Assembly: GCF_037042905.1 (NCBI RefSeq)
Contig: NC_087245.1
Span: 14,820,001 to 14,884,000, forward strand
DNA: 64,000 bases
Source of the DNA: Lytechinus pictus
Lineage: Eukaryota
Reading direction: 5' to 3'
Below, in pieces: positions 49,701-64,000 of this stretch. Under the pieces are notes generated by a model. The model did no database searches. It worked only from the letters and a program-made list of their open reading frames with translations, and was not told the DNA's origin. How positions within the stretch are numbered: the first letter of the stretch is position 1; each line of letters opens with the position of its first letter. The translations under genes were made by a program, and so were the position numbers.

Positions 49701-52700
49701 CATCATACAGCTACTATCAGCATAAGATGTGAACTGAGCAAGAAGTAAAATATAAATTACAGTCAATCCCTACTGTGGTTTTGACAACAATTCATCGGAT
49801 TAGTCACAAATCCTGGTTAACTGTCCGCCTCCATGGCAATATACATCACAATCAACTTCATATGTGTGTCATAATTTTATCCCCAATGAGCAAACCATAC
49901 AAATACAGTAATGTTCATACATATGTGTACATAAGCTTTCCACCCCACGCCTGGCATATACATATGTACCTACCTATAGCAGAGGGATTTAGTAGAGGAC
50001 AAGAAAATTAGCTCATTTTGAAGACTATACTAGATAAAATAGATTTAGAAAAAAATGCTCTGAAATTAAACATAGAACGAGTAAATCTGTGAATAACTGT
50101 TTAAAGTATTCCCTTGAGCCGGAAACCACAACTCCACGATAATGGCACTATTTTACAATCTAGGATATTTTGTAGTAATAACAAGATGAAATAGCTGAAA
50201 ACATGTAGCTGTATGTAGAATGAACAATCGCAGTTCAAAGCACAGAGAAAAAAAAAGCCAAGACAAATTTTATAAGATCCTTTGACAGTGGAAGTCTACT
50301 CCTGTTCCTGTTCTACAAATTTTAAAGAGAAATTCCAAAAGACTTGACTGAAAGCAAATTGCATGATTCATCCAAAGAAATTCAATAGGTAGTTGATAAG
50401 ATCCAAACCTCTGATAGCAATAACCAATTTTCCATTCAAACGATTAATAGAGAGCAATTAAATTGCATTTCATGCTACTATTCCACGACGACGGTGGCTC
50501 ATAATTAATCTTCCAACCGTAAAGCAACACAAAGGATCCAATTTCAAGTGGTGAATAACGGAGTAATATCACATATTCCAAACAGAAGATTTGATGTACT
50601 GTTAAGAGAGGTGTTGGACAGGTGAATCCTCGGTGCTCCAAGGAGCTGTCAACACAGCTTTTGATCATCCATCAAACCCGCCGTCGTCGTCGCAACCCCC
50701 CTCTCGATCCTTCCCCCGCATCTTTCCCTGCATGCCTACCCACTGGTATCCCTGGCACAAATGAGCCGTGCCTCCAGAATGCCACTCAATGCAGCAGAGC
50801 TTGATGCCCTCCGACGTTCGCACGTGAGAAGAGAGCTCCTGTGCAAAATTACCGGTAGGCACTCTGAACGTTGGTATACAGAACAGATCAGAGATAGACC
50901 GTATTACAACCTCCCCCACACTTGTCTGATCTCACCTTTCCATGTGTCCTACTTTTTTTTTGTCCTCCTCCTACTCATCTATGTACTAGTATTCATTCAT
51001 ATGATTTGTAAAGCATGTATGTTATTCCCTCCCCTAGTCAGATTCATTTGTATTTTGCCTCAAACAAATTTTTTTGGTGGCAAAAATCCATAATCCTTAG
51101 CCTATTTACATGAAGAAAAAAAAAATTGTTCCTATTATTTCTGTTTATAAAGAAGTTTACATAATATGAGATATGAATGGGATTCTATTTCTTTCTTTAA
51201 ATAACATTTAATTCTTTTTGTTTTACTTTCTCTCCCTCTCTAACACTCACCCTCTTTATCTTTGTCTCTCTACCAATCAGTCTTATTTGTCACTCCCTAG
51301 TAGGTCCATGCTGTTAGTAGGCCCCACAACATTTAGTACATGTGCATGAAAATTCCCCTAACCCATACGAATAATGAGCAACCATTTCATTTACTAGTTA
51401 AACTAGACTTATCATGAAAGTCTCATTAGCTCCAAAGTTTAATCATCACACTTACAATGTTCATTAAGTTTGAAACTGATAACCACTCACTTCCTCCTAA
51501 TAAACCATCTCCTTTTCTCAACACCCCCACCCCTCCCCTACAAAGTTGTTGTTTAATTTTTGTCCCTCATAAGTTCATGTATTTTCCTTCCTCCCTATCA
51601 TATGCAATTAACATTTTTCTATCTTCTGCTCCCATCTATATTCTATAGCTGAATATGATGTACTGTAGAATGTCTCAGAATATTTAACAAATCTCCCCAC
51701 TTTTGTAATCAGAAAAGACCACCAAAACGAAATCTTAAGCAAATGCAACACCCTGACACATCTCCATTTTGAAACAGATCTTGCTCATTTTTAACTTACA
51801 CCGTTAGCTATCTGATAGTAATATGCATACTCTAATGACACCAAAATTTGATTGCCGAGAATGCTTTCACGTTCCATTACTCTGAAATCATGAGCGCTTT
51901 CTCAACATATTCCTGATCTCTCAGACACCATCGCCGACCTTGATATTTGCTAGAGATCATCATGCATGTCCATCGCTTAGCTGTTGCATGAGGAAAAGAA
52001 AAGGCTTAATGAGCACACTCCCTAGTGACTTGTAGCCATGGGGTACCTATAATGCACATCGTAACTTGATTATGTCGTGAAAATATCAGGAACAGATTCA
52101 AGAAAACAGTATCTTGCATCTTCCTCATTTTATTAATTCATTCCATCAAATTTCTACCTTGTGAGTTTATCGTTTTGTTCACTATTGTGCAAGTTTTCAT
52201 TTTATACAAAAATAATTTGGCACACAATTAAACTAGAAAACAAGAAATGATTTTTTTAATTATTATAAATATTTTTCTAGTTTCGTTGTCCAGAAAGTGT
52301 TCACAGAATCATTGATAATTTTTAATTTACCACATCACTTTAAAGCTAAAGCGCATTATACATGCATTCAGGATACAAAATTTATTATGAGAATGGTTTG
52401 TGAATTTAAAAAAATTTGAAAAAGATTACATGTATTAAATAGGACTGAAGCAAAAATATCTTAAAATGACATTGTATATGATAAGCCTCCCATGTGTTAG
52501 AAAAAAAATTGTATTTAAATATAATAAAGAAAACTGGGTGGTTTGGCTATGAAAGGGAAAGTGGCATATTGCTGTAATAGCAATACATCAAATCAAATGA
52601 GAAATCAAAGCCATGCCGAGGAACAAGCTTTACAAGGCATAAACAAATTCATTATGACAGTTTATGCTTTTTTATTGCATCAGAGATGCAATGCTATTTT

Positions 52701-53087
52701 GAGAAAGAGAGAATACTAACACTGATATGCCTTTAAATGCAACCAAATTGTAACTTGAGCTGAAAATACATGACAAATTATTTGAAATGAAGCAATAATG
52801 CAACATAATTTTTTTTTACTAAAATGGTATTCGAAGAGACAATCAGTGTTGGTGATTTTTTCAAATGATACTTCTCTGGGGTCTTGAGAAATGCAAATAG
52901 ATCAATTGTTATTAAATCAAATCAATTCATACTTGTTGATGCAAGAAGCAAACCATCGATCAATTTCAAATTTGCAATAAAATAGATGAATTTCAATTGA
53001 TGTAAGGACTTAAAATTGACTTGCAATCAATTGCAATTTTCTTGCAACACCCACAAGTTAACAATCATTGCATAATAACTATATTGA

Positions 53088-53793
53088 TTTAGACATCCAA
53101 AAGGAAAAAAAAAAGCTTCTGAAAGCCAACAGCAACTCTATTACACCAGTTATTATTGAAGGAGAGGCCCTACAAGAGGTAGAATCTTTCAGGTACCTTG
53201 AAAGCATTGCTGACAAACTGGGAGGGACAGATGAAGATGTAAGAACTAGAATCGGTAAAGCAAGGGCAGCATTCATACAACTCAAGAACATTTGGAGTTC
53301 CAAGGAGATCAGTAGAGCAACAGAACTGCGTCTATTCAACACAAATGCCAAGTCTGTATTGCTCTATGGCGCAGAAACTTGGAGGACCACCAAAACTATT
53401 CTGCACAAGATTCAGACATTTTTCAACACATGTCTGAGGAGAATTCTCGGGATTCATTGGCCAGAGACAATCTCCAACACAGATCTCTGGCAACAACAAA
53501 AATCAAAGACCAATGAAAGAGATCCTGAGAAGAAGATGGAGGTGGCTTGGCCACACACTGAGGAAATCAAACAACAACAAAACAAAGCAGGCCCTTACCT
53601 GGAATCCTCAGGGGAAGCAACATCGGTCGCGGCAGACCCAGGAATACCTGGAGAAGAGATCTTGATGCCAACATCAAAGAGCTTGGAATGGGGTGGCAAA
53701 CCGTGGTGAACGCAGCCCAGGACCGAAGACGCTGGCGTGCTGTCGTCAATGGCCTATGCTCCAGTTGGAGTGACGGGCCATAAGTTACGTACG
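53088..53793 (+). mobile_element. 5'-truncated RTE-clade LINE (decayed RT C-terminus)
   Basis: [43 protein letters not shown], then after frameshifts [34 protein letters not shown] and a stop at 53781. Short TAxG tail. TSD TAACTATATTGA (53076-53087) / TAAATATATTGA (53794-53805). Confidence 0.88.
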
Positions 53794-53935
53794 TAAATAT
53801 ATTGAGCCACCATCCCTAAATCAGGTTAAAGGTGTTTGGGGCTTGCTCCTTACATGGTTTATCAATATTCTATAGTGTCAAAACAGTCACTCCATATCAA
53901 CCTTGCAGTAAATCTGAATCCTGCATACCTATTAA

Positions 53936-54528
53936 AGGACACGTCCACCCAACAAAAAATTGATTTGATTAAAAAGAGAAAAATCCAACAAGCATAACAC
54001 TGAAAATTTCACCAAAATCGGACGTAAAATAAGAAAGTTATGACATTTTAAATTTTCGCTTAATTTCACAAAACAGTTAAATGCACATCCTGGTTGGTAT
54101 GCAAATGAGGAGACTGATGATGTCATCCACTCACTATTTCTTTTGTATTTTATTGTATGAAATATTCTAATTTTCTCCTCATTGTCAAGTGAAACAGTGA
54201 TTAATTCCTCCCTGTACATGTGGAATTAGCATTGTTTAATACTAAATGATTCAGTCAAGTCGGTCCCTATGGTCATATCTGTAAAAAATGAAATATTGTA
54301 TAATTCAAACAATAAAAAACAAAAGAAATAGTGAGTGATGGACATCATCGACTGACTCATTTGCATGTCAGAGTTGTGCATATCACTGTTTTATGAAAAA
54401 TAAGCGAAACTTTAAAATGCCATAACTTTCTTATTTTACATCCGATTTCGATGAAATTTTCAGTGTTATGCTAGTTTGATTTTTCTCTTTTTATTCAAAT
54501 CAACATTTTGCTGGGGTGGACTTGACCT
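53936..54528. mobile_element. TTAA-flanked long-TIR MITE (Kolobok-like)
   Basis: TTAA|AGGACACGTCCACCC ... GGGGTGGACTTGACCT|TTAA. Confidence 0.88.
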
Positions 54529-54617
54529 TTAATGAAACATGTTGAATAAAGGTATTTTGATATTGAGACCTCATTGAAAATGACATGGATTCATAGACAA
54601 GGTATCTTGGAATGCAG

Positions 54618-54757
54618 TATAAGGTCAGCCACTATGACTGATTAACCTAGACGTAAAATGTTCCTATAGGTAATTGAGAATATACCAGCTTGGCGTTTAC
54701 CAGCAAAAAGCTGTCCTGCCGAGTTCCTATGGGAGTTACCATAAACAGAAACAGAAA
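54618..54757 (+). mobile_element. 5'-truncated copy of the SINE at 55389
   Basis: Matches about 55509-55650, including the (AAACAG)n tail. Confidence 0.85.
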
Positions 54758-54859
54758 AGCAATCAGACCCTTTCTATTCATTTGCGGACATGTTTTGAAC
54801 ATGCAATTGTGTTGATCATATCGTTACACCAATAAAAAAGAATGAACAATCTCTATATG

Positions 54860-55071
54860 CACTGGCGGATCGGGGGGGGGGGGGGAGCCAGCCCGTGCCC
54901 CCCCCCCCCACTTGAGAGGTAAATTACAATTTGTAATGTAAAAATGCTGTTAAAACAAGTGTTCCCCCCCTCCCCTCCTTTCAAAGGACCTTTTTTTTTT
55001 GGGGGGGGGCTTGAAAATTTTTCCTCTGGGAAAATGTGCCCCCGTTTTGGAAAATCCTGGAACCGCCCCTG
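54860..55071. mobile_element. hAT-like MITE
   Basis: CACTGGCGGATC ... GAACCGCCCCTG. 8-bp TSD TCTATATG / TCTGTATG. Confidence 0.7.
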
Positions 55072-55388
55072 TCTGTATGATTGAAATCTGTTTGATTGGA
55101 TATCTCAGTCAAAACAATAATGAAAGAATGGAGTAGATTTATCATGTACAGTATGTACTATGTTTTCATCCTAGGAACCATGGCTCATTCTTCCAATAAA
55201 GACAAATTGGTCAATGCATCATGGCTTTGTGATCCTGCCCCCACACAAGGATGTTGCCTTCATGTTTTCAATGAAAAATTAAATTTGCACTACATGTACA
55301 AGGGTCAGTTCAAGGAGGAGAGCCAGTGGACCCCCTTTTTTGCCCCAAAATGGGTACACTCATTACCAAGCATGCCCCTTTTTTCAGT

Positions 55389-55650
55389 GCAGTCGTGTGG
55401 TCCAGTGGTTAGAGCATTGGACTCATAATCGCAAGGTTGTGAGTTCGAATCCCAACTCTGCCATTGTTTCCACTTTGATAAAAAGGCCCGAGAGTGATAT
55501 TTGTCGTCTATAAAGTCAGCCACTATGACTGATTAACCTAGACGTAAAATGCTTCTTAGGTAATTGGTTATATACCAGCTTGGCGTTTACCAGCAAAATG
55601 CTGTCCAGCCGAGTTCCTACGGGAGTTACCATAAACAGAAACAGAAACAG
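55389..55650 (+). mobile_element. Full-length tRNA-derived SINE
   Basis: tRNA-like head (A-box TGGTCCAGTGG, anticodon loop CTCATAA, B-box GAGTTCGAATC), a body, and an (AAACAG)3 tail. A second, truncated copy lies nearby. Confidence 0.88.
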
Positions 55651-56843
55651 ATGTGAAAACCTTTATCCCATTCTTTTTTATTTGCTTGCCTGGAAAATCT
55701 TTACAAAACACTTTTTTTTTTAATATCCCCCTCCTTCATTTATGAGATCCAACATCCACCCATGTAGAGGAGCAAACTGGCTTTATAAAATGAAATGGCA
55801 TTGAAGATATATGTAGGGGTACACTTACATACTTTCAGGAACATTGTTCTATTGATGTACATACATGTAGTAAATTTTGAAGAGATATTTAAAGGAAAGG
55901 AGAGATAATGAAAGCAGCAAAAATCTATTTTGGGAGCCATTATATGAGCTCCTATGAAATCATCCTATAATGAAGGTGGCATGAATAAAACATGTATAAT
56001 ATTCTTTTTAAAAGACAAATGCAAAAAATCAGCCCTAAAACTTGCAAAAAGATAATACATAGTTTTACATGCATATATTTTCCAAATTACTGCCTTCTCA
56101 TCCCATCAATTATTCCTGATTCTGCCACATCCAAGAAAGTATTTTTTAAATACATAGAATTTGCTGTAATGCACTTATTTTAGAAAATTTAGAAAATTCA
56201 TAGTACCATGTAAAATTCATAATGTACTAAACTTAAAGTAAAAAACAATGAATATTTAGAAGGAAGAATTTCACAAGTCACTAAACTTGCAGTATTGCTG
56301 CAGATATTATACAGCAAGTTTGAAGAATAAAACAATATTTATATATTGATCAAAGGTCATTTGTTCTTGACATATCTTCTTTATGTCCAAGAACTCTTAG
56401 ATTTCTTAGTTTTCAAATGGCAATGTCTAATCAGAGACCGTCCCACCAAATTGAAGAAAATGAGGATCAAATGTCATCATCAACTCGATGGTACTTAATT
56501 TGAGAGAAATTGCAAACAGCTAAGAACAGAAAAAAAAGGTCATCCTTCTATCATGAAGTATCGTAAATGATGTTCTCAGTGAGTTCAAACCTCCAAGATC
56601 TTTTTACTAAGGCACTGAAGGCAGGAGAGGGGACAAGCCACAAATAGTCTCTCCTTTATTATGCATTCTTGAGCTTCGGGATTCAATTGATTCTTGCGGT
56701 CGGAAGCAGATGTGCTCAAGATGTTTACATCCCACTCTCTACCTAATGACAAATGGAATAAATACAGAAGTGGAAAACCCTTGAATGACAACAGATATAT
56801 TGATCAAAACTTTATTTCATATTGACAAAAAAATAATATTGTT

Positions 56844-56965
56844 CAGTGGTATAGGCAGAATTTTTTAAAGGGGTTTTCAAGCTGAAAGAAATGTTGACAA
56901 CCCCACCAAAAAAGGTCTTCACAACAAATTTTAGGTCGTTTTGTACTCCCCCGCGTACGCCACTG
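56844..56965. mobile_element. Small decayed hAT-like MITE
   Basis: CAGTGGTATA ... TACGCCACTG. TSD ATATTGTT / ATATGGTT. Confidence 0.6.
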
Positions 56966-59900
56966 ATATGGTTCACTACTTTTTAAATTCACAATGGCAT
57001 ACATGTGTATATGGAGATTGGGATGAAAAGAGAAAGCAGTTTTAATAAGATATTAAAAATTTCTATGATTTGATAACTCAAAATAATGTAAAGCATTTTC
57101 TGTAGATGTATGTACACTGTACCTCAGTGTTTCTTTCACTTTTGGTCAACCAAGGATAAAAAAGGAAGGAGTACAAGAAGGCACTGTTTTAACAAACTTA
57201 AATTAAATACATGTAGGCCCATAATTTGAGTATCAAATACTCCTCAATACACTATACATTTTGATTATTCATGATCTCTCTAATCATGTAGTTGTTTAGG
57301 CTTAAACTCACATACATGGCCCTTCGATGAATTGCCAACAGAAACTGACCAGAAGAATAACTAGAGGAAGATCTCTAAGTGGATGCTATTAACACAAGCA
57401 GCTGCTAATACAGGATCCCTGGAGACTCTTTTCTTCAGCTACACCGCCCTATCATAATCACTTATATTGGAATAAGTAAATTCAGTTAGCACTTGGAACT
57501 ATCTTCCCATGCCCCCCTAGTGGGTCACAAGGGGGTTAACGAACTCCTCCATCCCCAGGGCAGAGAAGGCGTGAGGAGCAATGGTTCAGGTTACTGACCT
57601 TTTAATGGAAGATGTGGGAAGTGTGAGGAATTAAATGGGAAATAACCAATGATAATGCTGAAGAAAAGTCAAACTTGTACATGTACAGGTTTGTAGAAAA
57701 TATAAATCAAATAAAGTACAACTCTCCTTCTACAGTATATGCAATATGCATATTTTTAAACATTGGGCCCCAAAACAAAATTTCAACAGCAAAAATAAAA
57801 TAATCTTGAAGCTCAAAATCAAATTGTAAAATCAAAATCTTTTGTCACTGTAGAGCTCTTTAAGTGTTGTGTATCTGTAGAGAATAAAACGAATGCAACT
57901 TTTTTTAAGAGAATAGTCAAGTGTTGATCTGAGAGCAGTGAGATAAACAACCAGTGGTCAAGAACAAGATCAGAGAGTGAGAAAATCTTGACCTAGAAGT
58001 AATATGAGCTACATAAATCATCATCCAATTCACGCAGCGACCTGCAAGCTAAAGCAAAGATTTCAAGTCAGGGCTCACAAGCGTGACAATTGCAATGCAA
58101 GCATGATGGTCATGAAATCATTTTAGGCTATGTCACCAAACATTATGTCTTCAGAAACAAACAGTTACCACCCCTTCTATTCCAAAACTAACAAAGAAAT
58201 TGTATTTTTGTCTCCTGAAGAATAATTAATGTATGCACAAATATCTGAAAGCCTGATCTGATGAGACATTGACAGTAACACTAGGGGTTATAACGAGAGG
58301 CACAATTCATACTAATATCTAAATTTGACTGTTTGTCCTCCAATAAAAAAAAACTATTTTATTATAAATTATTTATATTCATAATTAAATTTGCTCAAAA
58401 TTAAAACTATAAAGTGATATGAGTTTACAACTTTACACCCTCCCCCCTATAAAGGGTAACTTTGCTGCTGTTTATTATGTACACACTTTACACTTTCCAT
58501 ATATGCAAATGAATTATTACTTTCAAATAATTTTTAAAACCATGACCCTTAAACGTTTTTTTTTTCTTTTTTGCATAATGAACCATGGCTGTGTGCAATT
58601 GACATAACCCTAAACCTACATGTACAGTAGGACATAGTTTTCAGATCATGCTTAGTTTTGACCACAGGTGTGTTCAAGAGAGTTTTTTTTTTATCTGTCG
58701 CAAAGACAAGCATCCTTCAAAACACAGACATGAAACATAAACTGGTGTCACTTTAAAAAAAAAAGATTCTGTAGATGAAGGGTCAGTTAAATGCTTGAAA
58801 GTCAAGGTATATGTCAGAACTTCTTCTCATTTGGGCAAGCATTGCATATACTCCAAGATGACCAATACCTCCCATGTCCAGTGGCTTGGCTTGAAATGAA
58901 AGAATCAATGTTGATTTTTTTTTAAATGCTTGAATGCTCTCCTACAGTGAATACTAGTATGACTCGTGTTGCAAGATTGTTTTGTGATTCATATTGTTTT
59001 TTCTTTTTTAAAAGTTAGTTTAAGAAAACTGACTGTATGCACTCTTCAGAATTTCAAAGATCTTTCAAGACCGTAATACTCAAACCCTTCTGCACCACCA
59101 ACCCATGCTACTACACCCGTCTGTCACGGTAGATGTGTGAGAGTGGGAGTATAATCAATCGGGTCATATGAAGTGTCCACTTCAATTTGTCATAAACGCT
59201 ACCACCACGGGGCAAGCGCAAGGACTACTGGGGATTGAGTTTTAAAACTGGTTTTGGTTTCACAAGGAATCCTTCAAGGGGTACTGCTTTGGTCTAAAAA
59301 GTAACACATAATTAATGAGGTATATATGTACATGTAGCTAATATAACATGGATTATCCTCAAAAACTCTTAATACATGCAATACCCTCCAGATGTAATTT
59401 TGGCAACATACATGTACAGTACATGAACATTTTGCCATCGAATACATGTTTAACGAGAAACCTGCACATAATGGCCATCTACTAATAAAGACAATCTTCA
59501 ATATTTATCTAAAGAGTGTTCTCTTTGGAGTATGTTTGGGTCCTCTTTTATTAAAGACCATTTCCATGTACAGTACCTGTATTATAAGGCACAATGTTCA
59601 AGTATTTACTCCATAGAATCCGACCATAATCATATGTCAAAGGATTTCTCGTGTACTTCAAAATAACCTGTCTATAAGGACCATTTTTCGAGAAAGATCA
59701 TTCACAGCCCAAATTCGCATGTGAAAGAACTCTCATCTAGGCCTTAAAATATATAATATTAAAGTGCACTTAAAAAAAGTTGGGAGTTTCCTAACCCTTC
59801 CTACATGCGGTTCTTTGGGGTATTTCTTTTTTGCACAATCCTGTGTGGAGGCTTTAGAAATATAGGCATTAAAGTAGAAGTATCAGAATTTTGGCTTTAG

Positions 59901-62105
59901 CTTTATTAATAGTACAAATGCACTTGTCCATGCAGATCTCATGAAGATGTGAACCTATTATTAAGGAAATATGCCACAGCTACATCCAAACTTCATCAGC
60001 ATAAAAATAATTTCTCTCTATCAAAACTTTAAATACCATTATTGAACTGTGGCTGCCATACTGTTCAATAATCCTAAAGGTCATACAGTATCTCTTATTG
60101 AAAGTATTAGTGACACTCAGAACTATATTACTCCTCTCTTTTCAAACAATCTCTACTGACAACTGAGTCCCGTGTCCATCCAAAATCTCCTTCCCCACTT
60201 GTTCCCTCAATTTTCCATCACATGATATTATTTTCTTTCTTTATATGTAGTTGTGACCAATTCAATTAAATTGTGTAATTAAATATATGAATTGTAAAAT
60301 AATGAATAGCTGCGGTACATGTAATTCTCGTCTATGCCCAATCTTGATACCGTACATAACATACAATACATGTATATTGGACTGATGATGGGAACAATAT
60401 TGGGGCAACCCTGTTTTATGCAAATGATTACTTAACAAGACAAGAAAGCAAGCTCCAAATATATTAGTATGCCTAAATATTCATGTGTTTGCATCATTGC
60501 CAGCCAGGCACAGATCAAATTGTCAGTGAAAAGGGGGTCTTCCTCTTGTGCGCCAAGCGAAGGGATGAGAGGCGTGATGATGAACCAGCTAGGGTGAGCA
60601 CTCGGTGCCCCCACGAGGGCAGTAGGCAGATTAGGTTACTGGCAAGCCTGCTTGGAGATGGCACACAGGTGGGCAGAGACAAAGGCAAGATGAAGATGGT
60701 TGTAGATACATGCTAATGACAGGAAACGCAGATGGATAGCGATTACAAGTGGGATGATGAAACACAGTCGTCAGGGAATAATGTGGGTAGACAGATCATG
60801 TGCATACGTCTGAGGGGGGGGGGGTAAAAGAGAGGAAGAGATAGACAAACAAACAAAGAGAGGGGGTGCAAGAATTTAAGGAAAGGGGAGAGGGGTTTGA
60901 AAATACTAAGAGTAGATTTTAACATATACTGAATTTATTTAGCAAATACATGTGTGAACATACCTAGTAACCTATTTCACATCATAATAAATATATAGCT
61001 ATAATTCAATCACTGATACAATTACTGTTCAAACATTTCAGGGTTAAAAAGAATAATCCTACCTACCCTCTACCCCCCTCCACATTTTTTGTTGATACAG
61101 AAGAATGATAACATTTAGCTGGGAGAAAAGGGTACCATTTCACCCCCCCCCCCAAAAAAAAGGGACATACTTGTATTTAATACACAAATAATAAAAAGAA
61201 ATGTCTAGGATTGTACATAAATCGCATTTAAGCATGTGAAGTATTACATCCAGCCTCCAATCTCCATATCTCTGATTTTATAGCCTAAGCACAATGCTTT
61301 GGATATTTACGAGTCTCTGACTTTCATGATTCAGATATTATGATTGATACATACAACTATCATCTCCACATGGAAGAAGGCCTTAACATCGAATTCCAGG
61401 TAGATGGTCACATGTACAATATTCTATAGAATACCTGGAATTTTTTTTAGAGCTTAAGTAGTTTTGATCTAGATGAATAAATAGTTTTAAGCAGAATAAA
61501 AATAGGGCTGACATACATACTCTTGCTTTGCCACTAAATTCGAGTAGTAAAAAAAAAAAGCTATTGAGAGACTTTACCTTTACTCAAAGAGATTTTCTTA
61601 AGCGCTGAGAATGCACACAAGTACATTTTAGAATAAAGTTGCCAACTGCTCTGGCCTACATGTACTTTGACTGAATGAAGTAGAGAATCTTAACAAAATT
61701 TAATTTTGCTCTCTTACAAAAATTACAAAGGAAATGTTTTTTTAATATTGTAAGTATATACACGCTTGCTTTCTTTCTTCTTTTTTTTTGTAAGTAGGGG
61801 CAGTATGGACTAGTGCCCTTTTTCCAGCAAAAATGAATGAGCAGCAGGTCCACTTGAACTCCTACCCACCATGACATTAAACCAAGTTCCTATCTGTCAC
61901 CAGTGTTTTATAAATGCTGTCAAACATCAGGAGATATTGATAAACAATTACAGATGTGGGTTGATTTATCATGCACTGTAATGCATTCATGTATACATTA
62001 AACCACACATGAAGATGAGAGGTTGTATCAACTTGCATGACAGATGGTCTCTCCCACTTCTGTGTGGGAACAAATTTCAAATAATGTTGGAGAGGAAAAG
62101 TTGTA

Positions 62106-62419
62106 GGCCCGTGTTCTGAAGTCAGGTTTAACTTTATAGACCATGGTCTAACTCTGCGCTGAAATTATGTGAAGCCATAAGTGTCAAATTTTTTATCAAG
62201 TTGTATGTTTCTTATGTTTACTGTGCTCTTTCCTGATTCATCGATGGTGAAGACGATCATCTTTTTATACTTCCTAGACAATTATGAATGATTTGAGAGC
62301 CAAATGAGCTGAAATATAATATCTCTACCGTTAGTGATTTATGTAACAATTGGCTATCCATACTTAAACCACAACTTTAAACTTGAGTTTAAGTTAAACC
62401 CGACTTCAGAATACGGGCC
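62106..62419. mobile_element. Harbinger-like MITE
   Basis: TIR GGCCCGTGTTCTGAAGTCAGGTTTAACTT / AAGTTAAACCCGACTTCAGAATACGGGCC. Confidence 0.85.
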
Positions 62420-64000
62420 TGAGAGTCTACATTATTTTCATTTTCACTGGGCGCCTTAGAGTCTACAATATTTTCACTTTTAATGGGCGAGTTTTATTGT
62501 GGTGCTATCCCGGTGCTATACAAAGGCTCTGTGGCAGATCCCGGAGTGGATGTCAATACTCATCCCACTGTTATGATGACTGTGTATCATGAATAATAGA
62601 TTGAGCTACCAATTAATCAGAATGTGTTATTACATGTACTGTATTCAGATGAATCCATCACCATCCAAACAATTAACAATTCCAATTTTATAACAAACCC
62701 AGAGTCCATGTTAGACAACAATATGTCCTCCTAGTTAATTTTACAGTATATTGATACATTTACGAGCCACATCATTTCATTTCATAATTGCATAATTTTT
62801 TTCTGCCTTTTTTTTTTGGGGGGGGGGGGGAATATGTTTGTTTTTTCATTCTTTTTTTTCTGAGGACTGTATGATTACCTGTAAATATTGTAACTGCTTT
62901 TGATACATTATTTTATGTTTATATTTTGTTCTTGTTGACCAAAAAACAAAGAATATAAAGATAAATTAAATCCAAGAAACATAAAAAGGATTCAATATGA
63001 ACCCTCCTCCCCCCCCCCCCAAAAAAAAGAATACATTCATGTACATAATGTTATTGCTACCCTTAAATTGACTAGCTACTGTACATGTACACACATGCAA
63101 CAAAACCAATCACACCAAATTTCCTACTTTATCAAGCAATTACAATGCCCTTTTGCTGTAAAAATTATTTAACTAAATCACTCTCAAACCCTTAAGTTTA
63201 TCGCAGATTAGCATTGAGGTTTCCTCTTATGTCCAGTACATGTATGATCCTTGTAACCTGCCATGAGAGCCAACTCTCATCCTTTATAAACTTGACCACA
63301 AGAGGGTGCTGTGCCATGAATAATTTGAGGAAACATACATGTACATGTACAGGTTCGCTTGCCTCTTACAGATAGAATAAGTGAATACATTGCACCTTGA
63401 ATTATTCACAACAAATGCATATGATTGTGTTAATGTAGATCATTAACACCCCCCCCCCCCCCCCCCCGCCCCACCAACTAATGTTTTTAAGCCTGGAATA
63501 CTACAAAATAATAGTACAGAATGCCAATTACATGTATAATGATTCTGCAATTAGCAATGTTAATAAAATTCAAAGTTTTTACTATGTACAGCAAAATCAA
63601 TTTTAAATTTCAATATACAGATAAAATTTATTTCAGTCATTATTACCATTTTTTCTCCTCAGGTTGACTAATTTGACTAATTGACTTTGTCTGAAAAAAC
63701 CTTATTTCTGACTAGAATCATGACAATACATGGGTACATGTAGAAATACATACATGTACATGTAATACACTGATACGTAGAGGCACCAAATTGAGGTCAT
63801 TTAATAGCTATGCCATTTTTTTGGTTCTTGCACATTATTGCTATTAAAACAATGTTTCAAATTTGATGTGACATAAATAAACTTTAGGATGATTTCATCC
63901 AGTTCATCGACTTAAATGACTTTGACAGTATGATAACCATACACTGAGTATAATACATGTACATGTGTACATGACCTTTAAAAGTTATTGGCAAGAAGCA

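Noticed and set aside
50665..50919. GC-richer ORF with a phase-0 donor (TGG|GTAGGC at 50740) as another upstream exon
   Set aside because: GTG start, no convincing acceptor and no recognisable homology.
55389..55463. tRNA-Met gene
   Set aside because: The stems are imperfect and it continues into a repeated body with an (AAACAG)n tail. It is a SINE head.

Overview
AT-rich eukaryotic DNA, probably a marine invertebrate. The repeat content suggests an echinoderm such as a sea urchin (inference). The minus strand carries the 5' part of a gamma-syntrophin-like gene. Six small coding exons (23466 down to 2348) splice in frame into the PH1a-PDZ region, and there are two candidate first coding exons (26188-26196 and 30844-31062). 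The main accessory element is a 6.1-kb Ngaro-type tyrosine-recombinase (YR) retrotransposon at 2585-8691 (+), sitting antisense in a syntrophin intron. Its split direct repeats (A1...B1-A2...B2) look identical by eye, and the same AAAA core lies at all three junctions. It has an open gag-like ORF1, no RT/RNase H, a truncated and mutated YR, and a catalytically intact SGNH hydrolase ORF. A strong splice donor inside ORF1 and a strong acceptor just before the SGNH domain are in matching phase, which predicts an env-like spliced ORF1(N-terminus)-SGNH fusion protein. The rest of the window is intronic or upstream DNA with many non-autonomous transposons: TTAA-flanked palindromic MITEs, hAT-like and Harbinger-like MITEs, two Helentron/HINE-like elements with internal satellite arrays, tRNA-derived SINEs and a 5'-truncated RTE LINE. 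Several insertions are nested. All family assignments come from motif recognition by eye; no database search was run.
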